Assembly (NCBI GenBank): GCA_964474655.1
Contig: CAYYTU010000004.1
Coordinates: forward strand, 2,563-66,562
From: an uncultured Anaerolineales bacterium
Lineage (GTDB): Bacteria; Chloroflexota; Anaerolineae; B4-G1
Length of the DNA stretch: 64,000 bases
Direction of reading: 5' to 3'
The translations under genes and the position numbers were made by a program. The notes beneath the pieces are model-generated. The model saw only the letters and a program-made list of their open reading frames with translations, was not told the origin of the DNA and did no database searches. Positions 1 to 8,494 of the stretch are shown one piece after another (the first letter of the stretch is position 1; every line of letters begins with the position of its first letter).

Positions 1-1101
1 CGGGCCCAGCAGGCCAGTGCGCCCATCATCGTCTGACGATGGAGATAAGAGGTCCGCAGTTTCATCTTCTCTCTCCACTGTCGGCGACGGAAGGGGCGTC
101 CAGGTTGGAAAGGGCGTCGGGGAACCAGGCGTGGCAGTGTCCGGCTCTGGCGTGACCGAAGGAGCTACCATCGACGACGTAGCGGAAGGTGTGGCAAGGG
201 GAGTTGCAGGCGGAGCGGTTGTTGTGGACGGAGGAGCAGTTGATTCAGGAGTAGCCGAGGGCGCGGTGGTCTCCATCCCCGCCAAGGGAGTTGGAGTCGG
301 AGGCGTGCCCTCGCCCAGATAGATGGTGTCGGCGGAGATGGCTGTACGTCCGGCAGCATCACGGAACTGAACGTAGACCGTATGCTCGCCCACCTCATCC
401 GGCAAGGTCCAGGAGACGAACGTGGACCACGAGCGCCACGATGCATTCTCAAACTCGGGATCATCGCTGATGCGGATCTCAATCGCCTGGCCCATTTTGC
501 TGGCCCCCTCGCCCGAGGGGCGGGCGTTTTCGTTGGTGAGATGAATGGCGACCTCCGGATCGTCGGTGGTCTCAGCGCCGTCGTTGACGAAGATCGGCAA
601 CACGTTCGGGCGGGCGCCAAAAGTGAGCACGTAAAATTGACGTCCGTCGTCACCGGTGGCGACGCCCACGCCAACTTCTCGATACCGTTCGCTGAGGATA
701 TTCGCGCGGTGTACCGGGTCGTCCAAAAAGAAGGCCAGCGCGTCCTCCGGGTCCCCAGCGCCGGCCCAGAGGTTCTCGTCCACGATTGTTGATTCGTCGT
801 TACGGGTCCAGGCCGCGTAACCAGCCTCCTCGATGCGTTCGTGTTCGTAGCTCCCATCGGAGCCCAGATGGGGATCATCGGGATCGGCAAAGCCATTCGC
901 CGCCAGATCATCAGCGTGACGCTGAGCTGCTTTGCTCAACAACGAGGAGAGGTTGTAGGGCGCCAGGCCTTCATCAAGGCGGGTCTCGTTCACCAGCGAA
1001 AGCCAGGTAACGACGGGCCCTGGCGATTGAGCCTTGCTGGGGATATTCAGCAGGGTAGCGAGACAGGCGAGGAGGCTGACGACGCGCAGAACGTTTCGCA
1101 T
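1..1101 (-). CDS. Secreted CAP/SCP (PR-1-like) domain protein with a Pro/Thr/Ser-rich linker. The C-terminus runs off the window start.
   Basis: Own translation of the minus strand from ATG at 1101: MRNVLRVVSLLACLATLLNIPSKAQS (signal peptide), then LSLVNETRLDEGLAPYNLSSLLSKAAQRHADDLAANGF (CAP-domain signature), then TPPTPTP/ATPESTAPPSTT low-complexity linker. Absent from the ORF track because there is no stop within the window. The track ORFs 17..322(+) and 382..792(+) are its antisense. Confidence 0.65.
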   Translation of the reverse strand, partial: MRNVLRVVSLLACLATLLNIPSKAQSPGPVVTWLSLVNETRLDEGLAPYNLSSLLSKAAQRHADDLAANGFADPDDPHLGSDGSYEHERIEEAGYAAWTRNDESTIVDENLWAGAGDPEDALAFFLDDPVHRANILSERYREVGVGVATGDDGRQFYVLTFGARPNVLPIFVNDGAETTDDPEVAIHLTNENARPSGEGASKMGQAIEIRISDDPEFENASWRSWSTFVSWTLPDEVGEHTVYVQFRDAAGRTAISADTIYLGEGTPPTPTPLAGMETTAPSATPESTAPPSTTTAPPATPLATPSATSSMVAPSVTPEPDTATPGSPTPFPTWTPLPSPTVEREDETADLLSPSSDDDGRTGLLGP

Positions 1102-1153
1102 AGGTAAAATTTTAACACACAGGTGAAAAGGCGCAAGCATCCTCACACCAAGG

Positions 1154-1672
1154 TCACTGGGGCAGAGCGATGAATTCCTGCTGCCAGCAATCCAAAACCG
1201 CTTGAGTGGCACGGAAAGCGAGGGGCGGAAGGCTTCCCGGCGCGAAGAACGCGACACGCTCGACTTCGGGGCCCGGAGCTATCTGCCCACCGACCGGGCG
1301 GGCGCGATAGGCGATAACGATGCTGGCTCCGGCCTCGTGTTCCCGCCCGCCGACGATGTCACACAAAGCGACGATTTCCACCTCTAGCCCGGTCTCCTCG
1401 CAACACTCGCGCACAGCTGCCTCCGCGGGGGCCTCGTCGAAGTCGACAAACCCGCCGGGGAAAGTCCAGAGACCGCGCCCAGGGTTGATTTTCCGACGTA
1501 CCAGGAGAATCTCGCCCTCGTGCTCGACCAGGACGCCCGCAGCGATCTTATGTTCGCGGAAGACGATCCGTTCACAGCGGGGGCAGAAGCGACGCTTGCG
1601 CCCAAAGGCCACGCGATCCTCCAAGGGATGGGCGCAGCGAGGGCAATAGTTCAGTTCCAGAGGCTTCGACAA
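1154..1672 (-). CDS. NUDIX hydrolase with N-terminal Cys4 zinc ribbon (NudC-like NADH pyrophosphatase architecture)
   Basis: CPRCAHPL...CPRCER zinc ribbon, followed by the Nudix box [26 protein letters not shown]. Confidence 0.85.
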   Translation of the reverse strand: MSKPLELNYCPRCAHPLEDRVAFGRKRRFCPRCERIVFREHKIAAGVLVEHEGEILLVRRKINPGRGLWTFPGGFVDFDEAPAEAAVRECCEETGLEVEIVALCDIVGGREHEAGASIVIAYRARPVGGQIAPGPEVERVAFFAPGSLPPLAFRATQAVLDCWQQEFIALPQ

Positions 1673-1683
1673 GCAAGGTCTCC

Positions 1684-2520
1684 TTATCGACGGGTCCGCC
1701 AGGCACGGATGGTAACCAGCATCAGGATGATAGATGTCAGGCCGAGCGTGACTTCCAGCGCGCGCCAGAGCACTATCGGCGGACGATCAACGCGATCAGA
1801 GGCTGCTTCTTCAGTCGTTTCCTCTGGCGCATCTTCCAGCAGCGGCGATGGTGTGACTTCTTCCCTTTCCTCCGCCACCGGAGGAGACGTGGGCAGTGGG
1901 GAAGCGCCAGCTCCGGGCGGCGCTGCTGTCTTCCTGGCCTCAATTGAATCGGCGTCTTGTTCTTCTTCCGTCTTTTCCGCCTCCTCCTCCTCATCCGGGC
2001 TCTCCTGGACAGCGGCCACCGGTGCTTTCTCGGTCGGCGTTACGACGGTCCGTTCGGCTTCGGCCTCAGCGGGCCCCTCGACGGGGGCCGTTTCCATCGC
2101 CATCCGCGGCTCCTCCTGCACCGCCGGGGCGGAAGCCGCCCCTCCCCAACCGATGCCGCCCAGCAGCAGATCGCTGGCGAGGACGACGATGAAGAGCAAG
2201 CTCACAGTGGCGGTGACGGCCGTCAGAATCGGCGCGGTCCAGCCCAACGTCTGCGTTTCTCGTGCCACTGGATGGGGTTGTTCGACCATCGACGGCGAGA
2301 GGATGAAGTTACGCGGCGCCGAGACGGTCGGCAGGTCGCGCGTCATTGTCACGGTGCGACGCAGCGCCTCCAGCTCGCGCTGCAACACGGCATCGCTCGT
2401 CACACGTGCCTCCAGGAGCTCCCGCTCTTGGTCGCTCAGCTCATCATCCAGGTAGGCGGAAAGCAATTCATCGCGCATCTCTTGATCTTTCCTTGCCTGA
2501 GAAAACAAATCCCTCATCAC
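1684..2520 (-). CDS. Single-pass transmembrane anti-sigma factor (RskA-like N-terminal domain)
   Basis: N-terminus [21 protein letters not shown] is typical of the anti-sigma N-terminal domain. It has one TM helix ([18 protein letters not shown]), an acidic/Pro-rich extracytoplasmic tail, and lies immediately downstream of an ECF sigma gene. Confidence 0.75.
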   Translation of the reverse strand: MMRDLFSQARKDQEMRDELLSAYLDDELSDQERELLEARVTSDAVLQRELEALRRTVTMTRDLPTVSAPRNFILSPSMVEQPHPVARETQTLGWTAPILTAVTATVSLLFIVVLASDLLLGGIGWGGAASAPAVQEEPRMAMETAPVEGPAEAEAERTVVTPTEKAPVAAVQESPDEEEEAEKTEEEQDADSIEARKTAAPPGAGASPLPTSPPVAEEREEVTPSPLLEDAPEETTEEAASDRVDRPPIVLWRALEVTLGLTSIILMLVTIRAWRTRR

Positions 2521-2565
2521 CCTATCTCTATTTCCTTACCTACACTACCTTTCACATATACTCAA

Positions 2566-3192
2566 TCAATTCACCGTCTCATCATTTAGACGGTAACCAG
2601 CCGGTAAAAGTTCCCCTCGCGAGCGAAGATAATCGCGCAGTTTGCCCCGTGCCCGCGCCAGGCGCGATTTCACCGTGCCTAGCGGGGCATCGGTTATCTC
2701 GGCGATCTCCTCGTAGCTGTGGCCCTGGACGTCGCAGAGGATCAACGTAATACGCTGGCTGGGGGGCAACGTTTGGATGCCAGCCTGAAGCGCCTGGGCC
2801 ATCTCCTGGCGCTCAGCGTATGCCTCTGGATCTTCGTGCTCACTGGTCAAAGCCACGTTTGCCTCTGGTTCCACCTCGAAGTCCTCAAAGGAGGAGGTGG
2901 GGTGGCGTTTACGACGGCGCAGCTCATCGTAGCAGGTATTGGAGACGATGCGCATCAGCCAGGAGCGAAACGAGCCCGGGCGTTCGCCGCGGAAGCTGTC
3001 GATGTTCTGATAGGCGGATATAAAGGCCTCTTGCGTGGCATCGGACGCCGCGGCCGGATCGCCCATAATGCGATAGGCGAGGTTGTAGACCTGATCCTGG
3101 TAGGAGAGCACTAGTTCATTGAAGGCATCTAGCTTCCCTGCTTGGGCGGCTGCAATCAGGCTTTCTTCGTCCATAGTGCCTGAATTATACAT
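2566..3192 (-). CDS. ECF-type RNA polymerase sigma-70 factor
   Basis: Region 2 (VYNLAYRIMGDPAAASDATQEAFISAY) and region 4 (YEEIAEITDAPLGTVKSRLARAR) signatures. The ATG at 3192 is the likely start; the track shows a TTG at 3195. Confidence 0.9.
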   Translation of the reverse strand: MYNSGTMDEESLIAAAQAGKLDAFNELVLSYQDQVYNLAYRIMGDPAAASDATQEAFISAYQNIDSFRGERPGSFRSWLMRIVSNTCYDELRRRKRHPTSSFEDFEVEPEANVALTSEHEDPEAYAERQEMAQALQAGIQTLPPSQRITLILCDVQGHSYEEIAEITDAPLGTVKSRLARARGKLRDYLRSRGELLPAGYRLNDETVN

Positions 3193-3344
3193 CAAGCATG
3201 CCCACCGTCAACGCATCTAACGCGATTCTGTTCGCTCTTTATGGCAAGCGTGTTATAATTAAGTGTTGCTTTTGTGATTGCTCGGTCGCGCCCGACGACC
3301 GAGACCAAAGAGCAGTGGTTATACTTTTCGAGCAGGGGACGAAC

Positions 3345-3992
3345 ATGAACTTATTTTCTAATCTTTTTGATCCCAACAGGCTCATCACACTGATGATCTT
3401 ATTCCTGACCAGTATGCCAATCCACGAATGGGCCCACGCCTGGGCCGCTTACCAGCTGGGCGACGATACGGCCGCGTTACAGGGCCGTCTGACCATCAAT
3501 CCTCTGGCCCACTTGGACCCGATGGGGACGCTGGCGCTGGTCTTCTTTGGCTTCGGCTGGGGAAAACCGGTGCCTGTCAGCTCCTACCGGCTGGAAGGGG
3601 ATATGCGTCGCAGCATGGCGCTGGTGAGCGTAGCAGGTCCTTTTTCCAACCTTGTATTGGCTATGCTGGCAGCTATCCCCTTCCGGCTTGGCTGGTTGAG
3701 CCTCTCCGGCAACACATCGCCGCTCTTCAGTCCGCAAAGCATTCTGTTCCATTTCATCACGCTCAATCTGGCCTTGATGCTGTTCAATATGATCCCACTA
3801 CCGCCGCTAGACGGCTCACGCCTCTTCGCCTGGCTTTTGCCGAGGCAATGGGCCAGCAGACTGGATCAGCTGGAACGGTTCGGCGGGCCCGCCCTGATGT
3901 TGGTGCTTTACCTGCTGTCGCGATTGGGCGTCCTGGGCGCTGTGATCAGCCCGCTGATGAACTTCATGTTTCGCGCACTGCTCGTCTACTGA
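3345..3992 (+). CDS. Site-2 protease family (peptidase M50) intramembrane zinc metalloprotease, small form without PDZ
   Basis: HEWAHAW (HExxH) inside a TM helix, and MIPLPPLDGSRLF (LDG motif). Start chosen at MNLFSNLF (ATG 3345) rather than the track's 3198. Divergent from the ECF sigma gene. Confidence 0.8.
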   Translation: MNLFSNLFDPNRLITLMILFLTSMPIHEWAHAWAAYQLGDDTAALQGRLTINPLAHLDPMGTLALVFFGFGWGKPVPVSSYRLEGDMRRSMALVSVAGPFSNLVLAMLAAIPFRLGWLSLSGNTSPLFSPQSILFHFITLNLALMLFNMIPLPPLDGSRLFAWLLPRQWASRLDQLERFGGPALMLVLYLLSRLGVLGAVISPLMNFMFRALLVY

Positions 3993-3998
3993 GCCGGG

Positions 3999-4514
3999 AT
4001 GGAGACGATACGGTATCGCGTGGGGCAGTTCCTCCGCGCGGTCACTGCGCGACGTTCGCTTTCGCAGGAAAGCGACAAAATTGAGCAGATGCTCGACGTC
4101 TTGCCCCCTGCAGGGCGCGAATTGTTCTATCGGCAAGCCCCCCAGGACCAACGCCACGCGCTTGACGTGAGCGAAGCGCTTCAGCGGGCCGGATACACCA
4201 GCCCAGACCTCATGGCAGCTGCGTTGCTGCACGACGTGGGAAAGGCCGCCGCGCAACTGCCAGCCTGGATGCGAGGGGTGTTCGTCCTCTCAGAGCAGCT
4301 GGCGCCCGAGATGCTGGGCGATCAATTGCAGGCCCACGAGCCGTTTGACGCTTATGTCGAACACGCCGAGATCGGCGCCGATTGGGCGGAGGAGGCCGGC
4401 TGCTCTCCGCTCACCGTAGATCTGATCCGCCGGCATCAAGAAGACCTGATCAATCCCCACGGCGAGGAGGAGCGATTGCTGGCAGCTCTACAGGCAGCCG
4501 ACCGCCAATGTTAG
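3999..4514 (+). CDS. HD-domain phosphohydrolase family protein
   Basis: LLHDVGK HD motif. Seven nt downstream of the S2P gene, so probably co-transcribed. Confidence 0.6.
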   Translation: METIRYRVGQFLRAVTARRSLSQESDKIEQMLDVLPPAGRELFYRQAPQDQRHALDVSEALQRAGYTSPDLMAAALLHDVGKAAAQLPAWMRGVFVLSEQLAPEMLGDQLQAHEPFDAYVEHAEIGADWAEEAGCSPLTVDLIRRHQEDLINPHGEEERLLAALQAADRQC

Positions 4515-4528
4515 CTCGCGCCGTTAAC

Positions 4529-4684
4529 ACTACAACGAGATTTGGAGCTAAACCAGACTTCCGGAATCTGCTTGCTGGGTCACAAATCGACCCAGGACCT
4601 TCTCTTGGATTGAATAGATAGCCAACTGAATGCAAATTTAGAGACTTCGGAAGTCCATCAGGCCGAAACTTCGTTGTAGTATTA
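4529..4684. repeat. Repeat family A, copy A1. About 156-bp non-coding MITE-like element with 11-bp terminal inverted repeats ACTACAACGAG...CTTCGTTGTAGT.
   Basis: Left end ACTACAACGAG at 4529, right end CGTTGTAGTATTAG at about 4671-4685. Internal palindrome GACTTCGGAAGTC at 4643-4655. The same termini recur at 6952, 12828 and 24935. Confidence 0.7.
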
Positions 4685-4714
4685 GAAAGCGCCAGAAGAA
4701 CCAGGAGTTATGAT

Positions 4715-5728
4715 ATGAGCATCAATCAAGTGACGATTATTGAGACTACTCCGTTCAGTGTCTCCATCGCACTGAAGCTAAAGGAGGAGCATGAAGACCT
4801 GACGATCGTGGGGTATAGCGCCGAAGCCGCGGCGGGTGACCTGGTCCGCGCCCAGGGCGTGTTCGATCGCGTGGAACGAGAGCCAGGCCGGGCCTGTGAG
4901 GAAGCCGACATGGTCATTGTGACCACGCCCCTTGAGGCGATTCGAGAGATGTTCGGTGCTATCGCACCGCACCTCCGACCCGGCTGCCTGATCACAGACA
5001 CCGCCGCGCTTAAGGCCCCTGTGGCGCGCTGGGCTGAGGAGATTCTTCCTCAGAACGCCGAGTTCGTCGGCGGACACGTCCTGCTCAATCCGGTCACCGC
5101 CGACCGTTCCAGCTCCTCAGAGGAACCAGGCCCGGCCCGCGCCGATCTGCTGAAGCACGCGCTCTACTGCTTCACCCCTCTGCCAGAGACCTCCGCTGCC
5201 GCGCTCGATACCTGCTCCAACCTGGCCTGGACGCTGGAAGCCTACCCTTTCTTCATCGACGTCACCGAGCACGATGGTCTGGAGGCCGTTAAGGGCTTGA
5301 CCGAACTGGCAGCGGTGGCGTTGCTACGCTCCACCGTGGACTCCCCGGGTTGGCAAGAGATGCGAAAGTTCGCCGGCGAGCACTTCGCGACCACGACGGC
5401 CACGGTCGAGCGAGCCCGCGAGCGCCAGCAGGCGATCCTCCTCAACCGCGAGCATATCGCCCAGCGCATCGACGTGCTTGTGGAGGAGCTGATGCGCTTG
5501 CGGTCTCTGCTCGTCAGCAACGAGGCCGAGAAGCTGGCCGATGTCCTGCTCCAGGCCGCCGAGGGGCGCGAGCGCTGGGTCCAGGCGCGCCAACAAGGAA
5601 TGTGGGGCGATAAAGAGGCTTTCGATATGGAGAACGCGCCAGGTATGGGCGAAAGGTTTACCCGGATGGTCTTCGGCGGCCTCGGCGCCCGTCTGAAAAA
5701 AGCCGCCGGCCGCGATCAGGACGACTAG
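4715..5728 (+). CDS. Prephenate/arogenate dehydrogenase (TyrA) family protein with degenerate N-terminal dinucleotide-binding motif
   Basis: FVGGHVLLNP aligns with TyrA GGHPMAG. HDGLEAVKGLTELAAVALL aligns with TyrA HD...SHLPH. The N-terminus TIIETTPFSVSIALKL lacks a GxGxxG. Confidence 0.5.
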   Translation: MSINQVTIIETTPFSVSIALKLKEEHEDLTIVGYSAEAAAGDLVRAQGVFDRVEREPGRACEEADMVIVTTPLEAIREMFGAIAPHLRPGCLITDTAALKAPVARWAEEILPQNAEFVGGHVLLNPVTADRSSSSEEPGPARADLLKHALYCFTPLPETSAAALDTCSNLAWTLEAYPFFIDVTEHDGLEAVKGLTELAAVALLRSTVDSPGWQEMRKFAGEHFATTTATVERARERQQAILLNREHIAQRIDVLVEELMRLRSLLVSNEAEKLADVLLQAAEGRERWVQARQQGMWGDKEAFDMENAPGMGERFTRMVFGGLGARLKKAAGRDQDD

Positions 5729-5756
5729 CGTCCCTTCATCGGTTCGATCAAGCGCC

Positions 5757-6950
5757 TTGAGCAAGATATACCGCATCTTGATGATCGCTCCTACGTCCTT
5801 CTTTCTGGATTATGGCTGTCACGTCCGCATCCTGGAGGAGGCACGAGCACTCCAGAAGCTGGGCCATCGAGTGACTATCATCACCTACTATCAGGGCCGC
5901 GACCTGCCGGATCTGGAGATCGTGCGCACCCGCCCCACGCCCTGGCGAGCCGACTACGAGGTGGGGTCCTCGCTCCACAAGATTGCCTTCGACATCCTGC
6001 TCTCCTGGACCGGGATGAAAACCGTCCTGCGACATCGCTTCGACATTGTGCACGGTCATCTACACGAGGGTGCGCTCATCGGCTACGCGCTGAGCCAACT
6101 CCGGGGCCTACCGCTGGTGGCGGATTTCCAGGGCAGTATGACCAGCGAGATGGTCGACCACCACTTCCTTGATCCTGACGGGCTGTGGTACTACTGGGCG
6201 CGGCTGCTGGAGCTGCGCATTGCACAAATGCCGGACGTAATCCTGACCAGCACGCAGATGGCCGCCCATATGCTGGACCAGGAGTTCAACTGCAACGCTC
6301 AACAGATCCATCCGCTGCCCGATTGCGTCAATCTGGACTTCTTCCACCCTCAAGCATCCAGTTCCCAGACGATAACCACGTACCGACGCGCCTTGAAAAT
6401 CCCCCCGGGCAGACCGATAGTGGCTTATTTGGGGCTCCTGGCCGATTATCAGGGCACGCCGCTGCTGGTGGAAGCAGCGCAAATCTTGAAGCAGCGTGGG
6501 CTGGACGTGCACTTTCTGATTATGGGATTCCCCGGCGTCTCGCACTACCAGGCCCTGGCCGCCGAGCTGGGCGTGGTCGACCGGGTCACGTTCACGGGAA
6601 AAGTGCCGTATGAAGAAGCCCCGGCCCACCTGGCGCTGGGCGACATCGCCGTAGCGCCCAAGATATCGGAAACTGAGGGCGCCGGCAAGATCCTCAACTA
6701 CATGGCGATGGAGCTGCCTACCGTTGCCTTCGACACGCCGGTCAGCCGGGAGTATCTGGGCAGCCTGGGCACCTACGCCGCGCCGGCAGGCGATTCGGAG
6801 GCGTTGGCCGACGCCATCGCCAGCCTTCTGGAGGACCCACAACGCTGCATCGACCTGGGCCGACGGTTGCGCCAGCGCGTCAGCCGGCACTTCTCCTGGG
6901 ACCGGGCCGGACGGCACCTTTTGAAGATCTATCAAACGATTCTCAACTAA
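5757..6950 (+). CDS. Glycosyltransferase family 4 (group 1 GT)
   Basis: GT-B GT4 signatures: N-terminal GT4 domain and C-terminal EGAGKILNYMAMELPTVAFD. TTG start at 5757; the alternative ATG at 5781 (MIAPTSFF) is equally plausible. Confidence 0.85.
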   Translation: MSKIYRILMIAPTSFFLDYGCHVRILEEARALQKLGHRVTIITYYQGRDLPDLEIVRTRPTPWRADYEVGSSLHKIAFDILLSWTGMKTVLRHRFDIVHGHLHEGALIGYALSQLRGLPLVADFQGSMTSEMVDHHFLDPDGLWYYWARLLELRIAQMPDVILTSTQMAAHMLDQEFNCNAQQIHPLPDCVNLDFFHPQASSSQTITTYRRALKIPPGRPIVAYLGLLADYQGTPLLVEAAQILKQRGLDVHFLIMGFPGVSHYQALAAELGVVDRVTFTGKVPYEEAPAHLALGDIAVAPKISETEGAGKILNYMAMELPTVAFDTPVSREYLGSLGTYAAPAGDSEALADAIASLLEDPQRCIDLGRRLRQRVSRHFSWDRAGRHLLKIYQTILN

Positions 6951-6951
6951 A

Positions 6952-7092
6952 ACTACAACGAGACTTTGACGAGCCTGTCGGAGGGTGCGATTTTCGCCAG
7001 TCGTCATCCTTCGACAGGCTTCGGCGTGAGCTCGGCCGAACGGTTCAGGATGACTATCGAAGGATCAACGTCGTTGAGATCTCATTGTAGAT
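6952..7092. repeat. Repeat family A, copy A2. Abuts the GT4 stop and carries a 13-bp hairpin module shared with A4.
   Basis: ACTACAACGAG at 6952. Internal stem GAGCCTGTCGGAGG...CCTTCGACAGGCTT. The right end CTCATTGTAGATTG is degenerate. About 90 bp is more than 90 % identical to 24950-25045. Confidence 0.65.
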
Positions 7093-7130
7093 TGACTTCT
7101 CTGCACTTTTTAAATTCTTGAGGAGCAGGG

Positions 7131-7287
7131 GCAAACGGAGCGATTCTAGGGTAGCCCAGACACATTAGATTGCCTACAGTCACGTTTATCGAGCGTATCA
7201 ACCCCAGCTTCGTTTGCCTTGTTCACGCTTTAAGGACGCTCTGTGGTCTTGAGGGCATTTTTGCTGAGCGACTTGCTTCGAAATCCC
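7131..7287 (+). repeat. Repeat family B, copy B1 (about 155-bp non-coding interspersed repeat)
   Basis: GCAAACGGAGCGATTCTAGGGTAGCCCAGACACATTAGATTGCCTACAGTCACG...CTTCGAAATCCC. About 95 % identical to 14339-14493. Internal complementary segments GCAAACGnAGC / GCTTCGTTTGC. Confidence 0.75.
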
Positions 7288-7672
7288 AGCAGAGACTTCG
7301 GAAGTCTTAAGATGTGTGGTTTGCGAACCCAATTTGGAAGCAAAGTGGGGTTATTTTGCATCCAAAATCCTCGACGGTAGACTTCCAAAGTCTGGAGTCG
7401 CTAACGTGACCTTTGACCGCCGGCCAACAAATCGCTTAATTGAATGTCGGGTACGGTTTCTTAAGCAGAATTGAGAGCAAAATGCCTATTCTAAGCCCTG
7501 AGAGGCACGTAGAGCCGCCGAGAACTTTTGTTCTATACAGTTTTTGACGTATTTCTGTCAGCGTGCCCCACAGAACGCGAAATTACAATTATGTATTTTG
7601 CTGAGAAGCGGTCAAACCTAATGCTAAACTGCGAGAGTTAAGTTGTAATACTAACTGGGAGGAGCGTTTTCT

Positions 7673-8488
7673 GTGAAGATAGTCCAACACCTGAAAGAGA
7701 TTTGGCAATATCGAGAGCTGGTCCGTAATCTAGTCGCGCGGGATCTCAAGGTCCGCTACCGCAACTCCGTGCTAGGCGTAGTCTGGTCGTGGGCCAATCC
7801 GCTGCTGATGATGGTGGTTTACACCTTGGTCTTCAATTTCCTGGCCGGGAACGCGAATTTGTCCCACTATCATGTCTTTATCCTGTGTGCCTTGCTGCCC
7901 TGGAACTTCTTCTCCCAGTCAGTGATGGGCGCCATCGGCAGCATCGTCGGCAACGCCCATCTGGTTAAAAAGGTCTATTTCCCCCGGGAGGTGCTTCCCC
8001 TCTCGATCATCTTGTCGAACCTGGTCAATTTTCTGATCGGACTGCCGGTCTTTTTTGGACTGGCTCTGATATCCGGCGCTCCGCTCACGCGCTGGGCGCT
8101 GCTACTGCCGATTCCGATCCTGGTGCAGGTCATCTTCAGCATCGGCATCTGCCTGATCCTCTCCACGCTCAATGTCTTCTACCGCGATACCCAGATCATT
8201 ATGGAAGTCTTGATGATGGCCTGGTTCTTCGTCACGCCCATCTTCTATCCCATCACGCGCGTGCCTCAAGAGGCGGCCATTCGGGGCATCACCTTCAACG
8301 CCCGCCTCTGGCTGCGTCGCTTAAATCCAATGGCCTCTATCATCGCCTCCTACCGCGACTTACTCTACTGGGGGGCGCCAACAGGGCTCGACTTCTTGCT
8401 GCGGACCGCCATCACCGCGTTGATCGTACTGGTCGTGGGCTACCTTATCTTCCTACGCTATAGCCCTCGCTTTGGAGAAGAGGTGTAG
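7673..8488 (+). CDS. ABC-2 type transporter permease (Wzm/TagG/KpsM-like polysaccharide exporter permease)
   Basis: Six-TM ABC-2 signature. The N-terminus WQYRELVRNLVARDLKVRYRNSVLGVVWSWANPLL is characteristic. GTG start preceded by GGGAGGAG. No cognate ATPase gene is adjacent. Confidence 0.85.
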   Translation: MKIVQHLKEIWQYRELVRNLVARDLKVRYRNSVLGVVWSWANPLLMMVVYTLVFNFLAGNANLSHYHVFILCALLPWNFFSQSVMGAIGSIVGNAHLVKKVYFPREVLPLSIILSNLVNFLIGLPVFFGLALISGAPLTRWALLLPIPILVQVIFSIGICLILSTLNVFYRDTQIIMEVLMMAWFFVTPIFYPITRVPQEAAIRGITFNARLWLRRLNPMASIIASYRDLLYWGAPTGLDFLLRTAITALIVLVVGYLIFLRYSPRFGEEV

Positions 8489-8494
8489 ACCAGG

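Noticed and set aside
17-911. Track ORFs 17..322(+), 165..911(-), 382..792(+), 841..1107(+)
   Set aside because: All overlap the real minus-strand CAP-domain gene in other frames. Their products are Gly/Val- or Arg/Pro-rich low-complexity, typical of antisense or alternate-frame ORFs in high-GC DNA.
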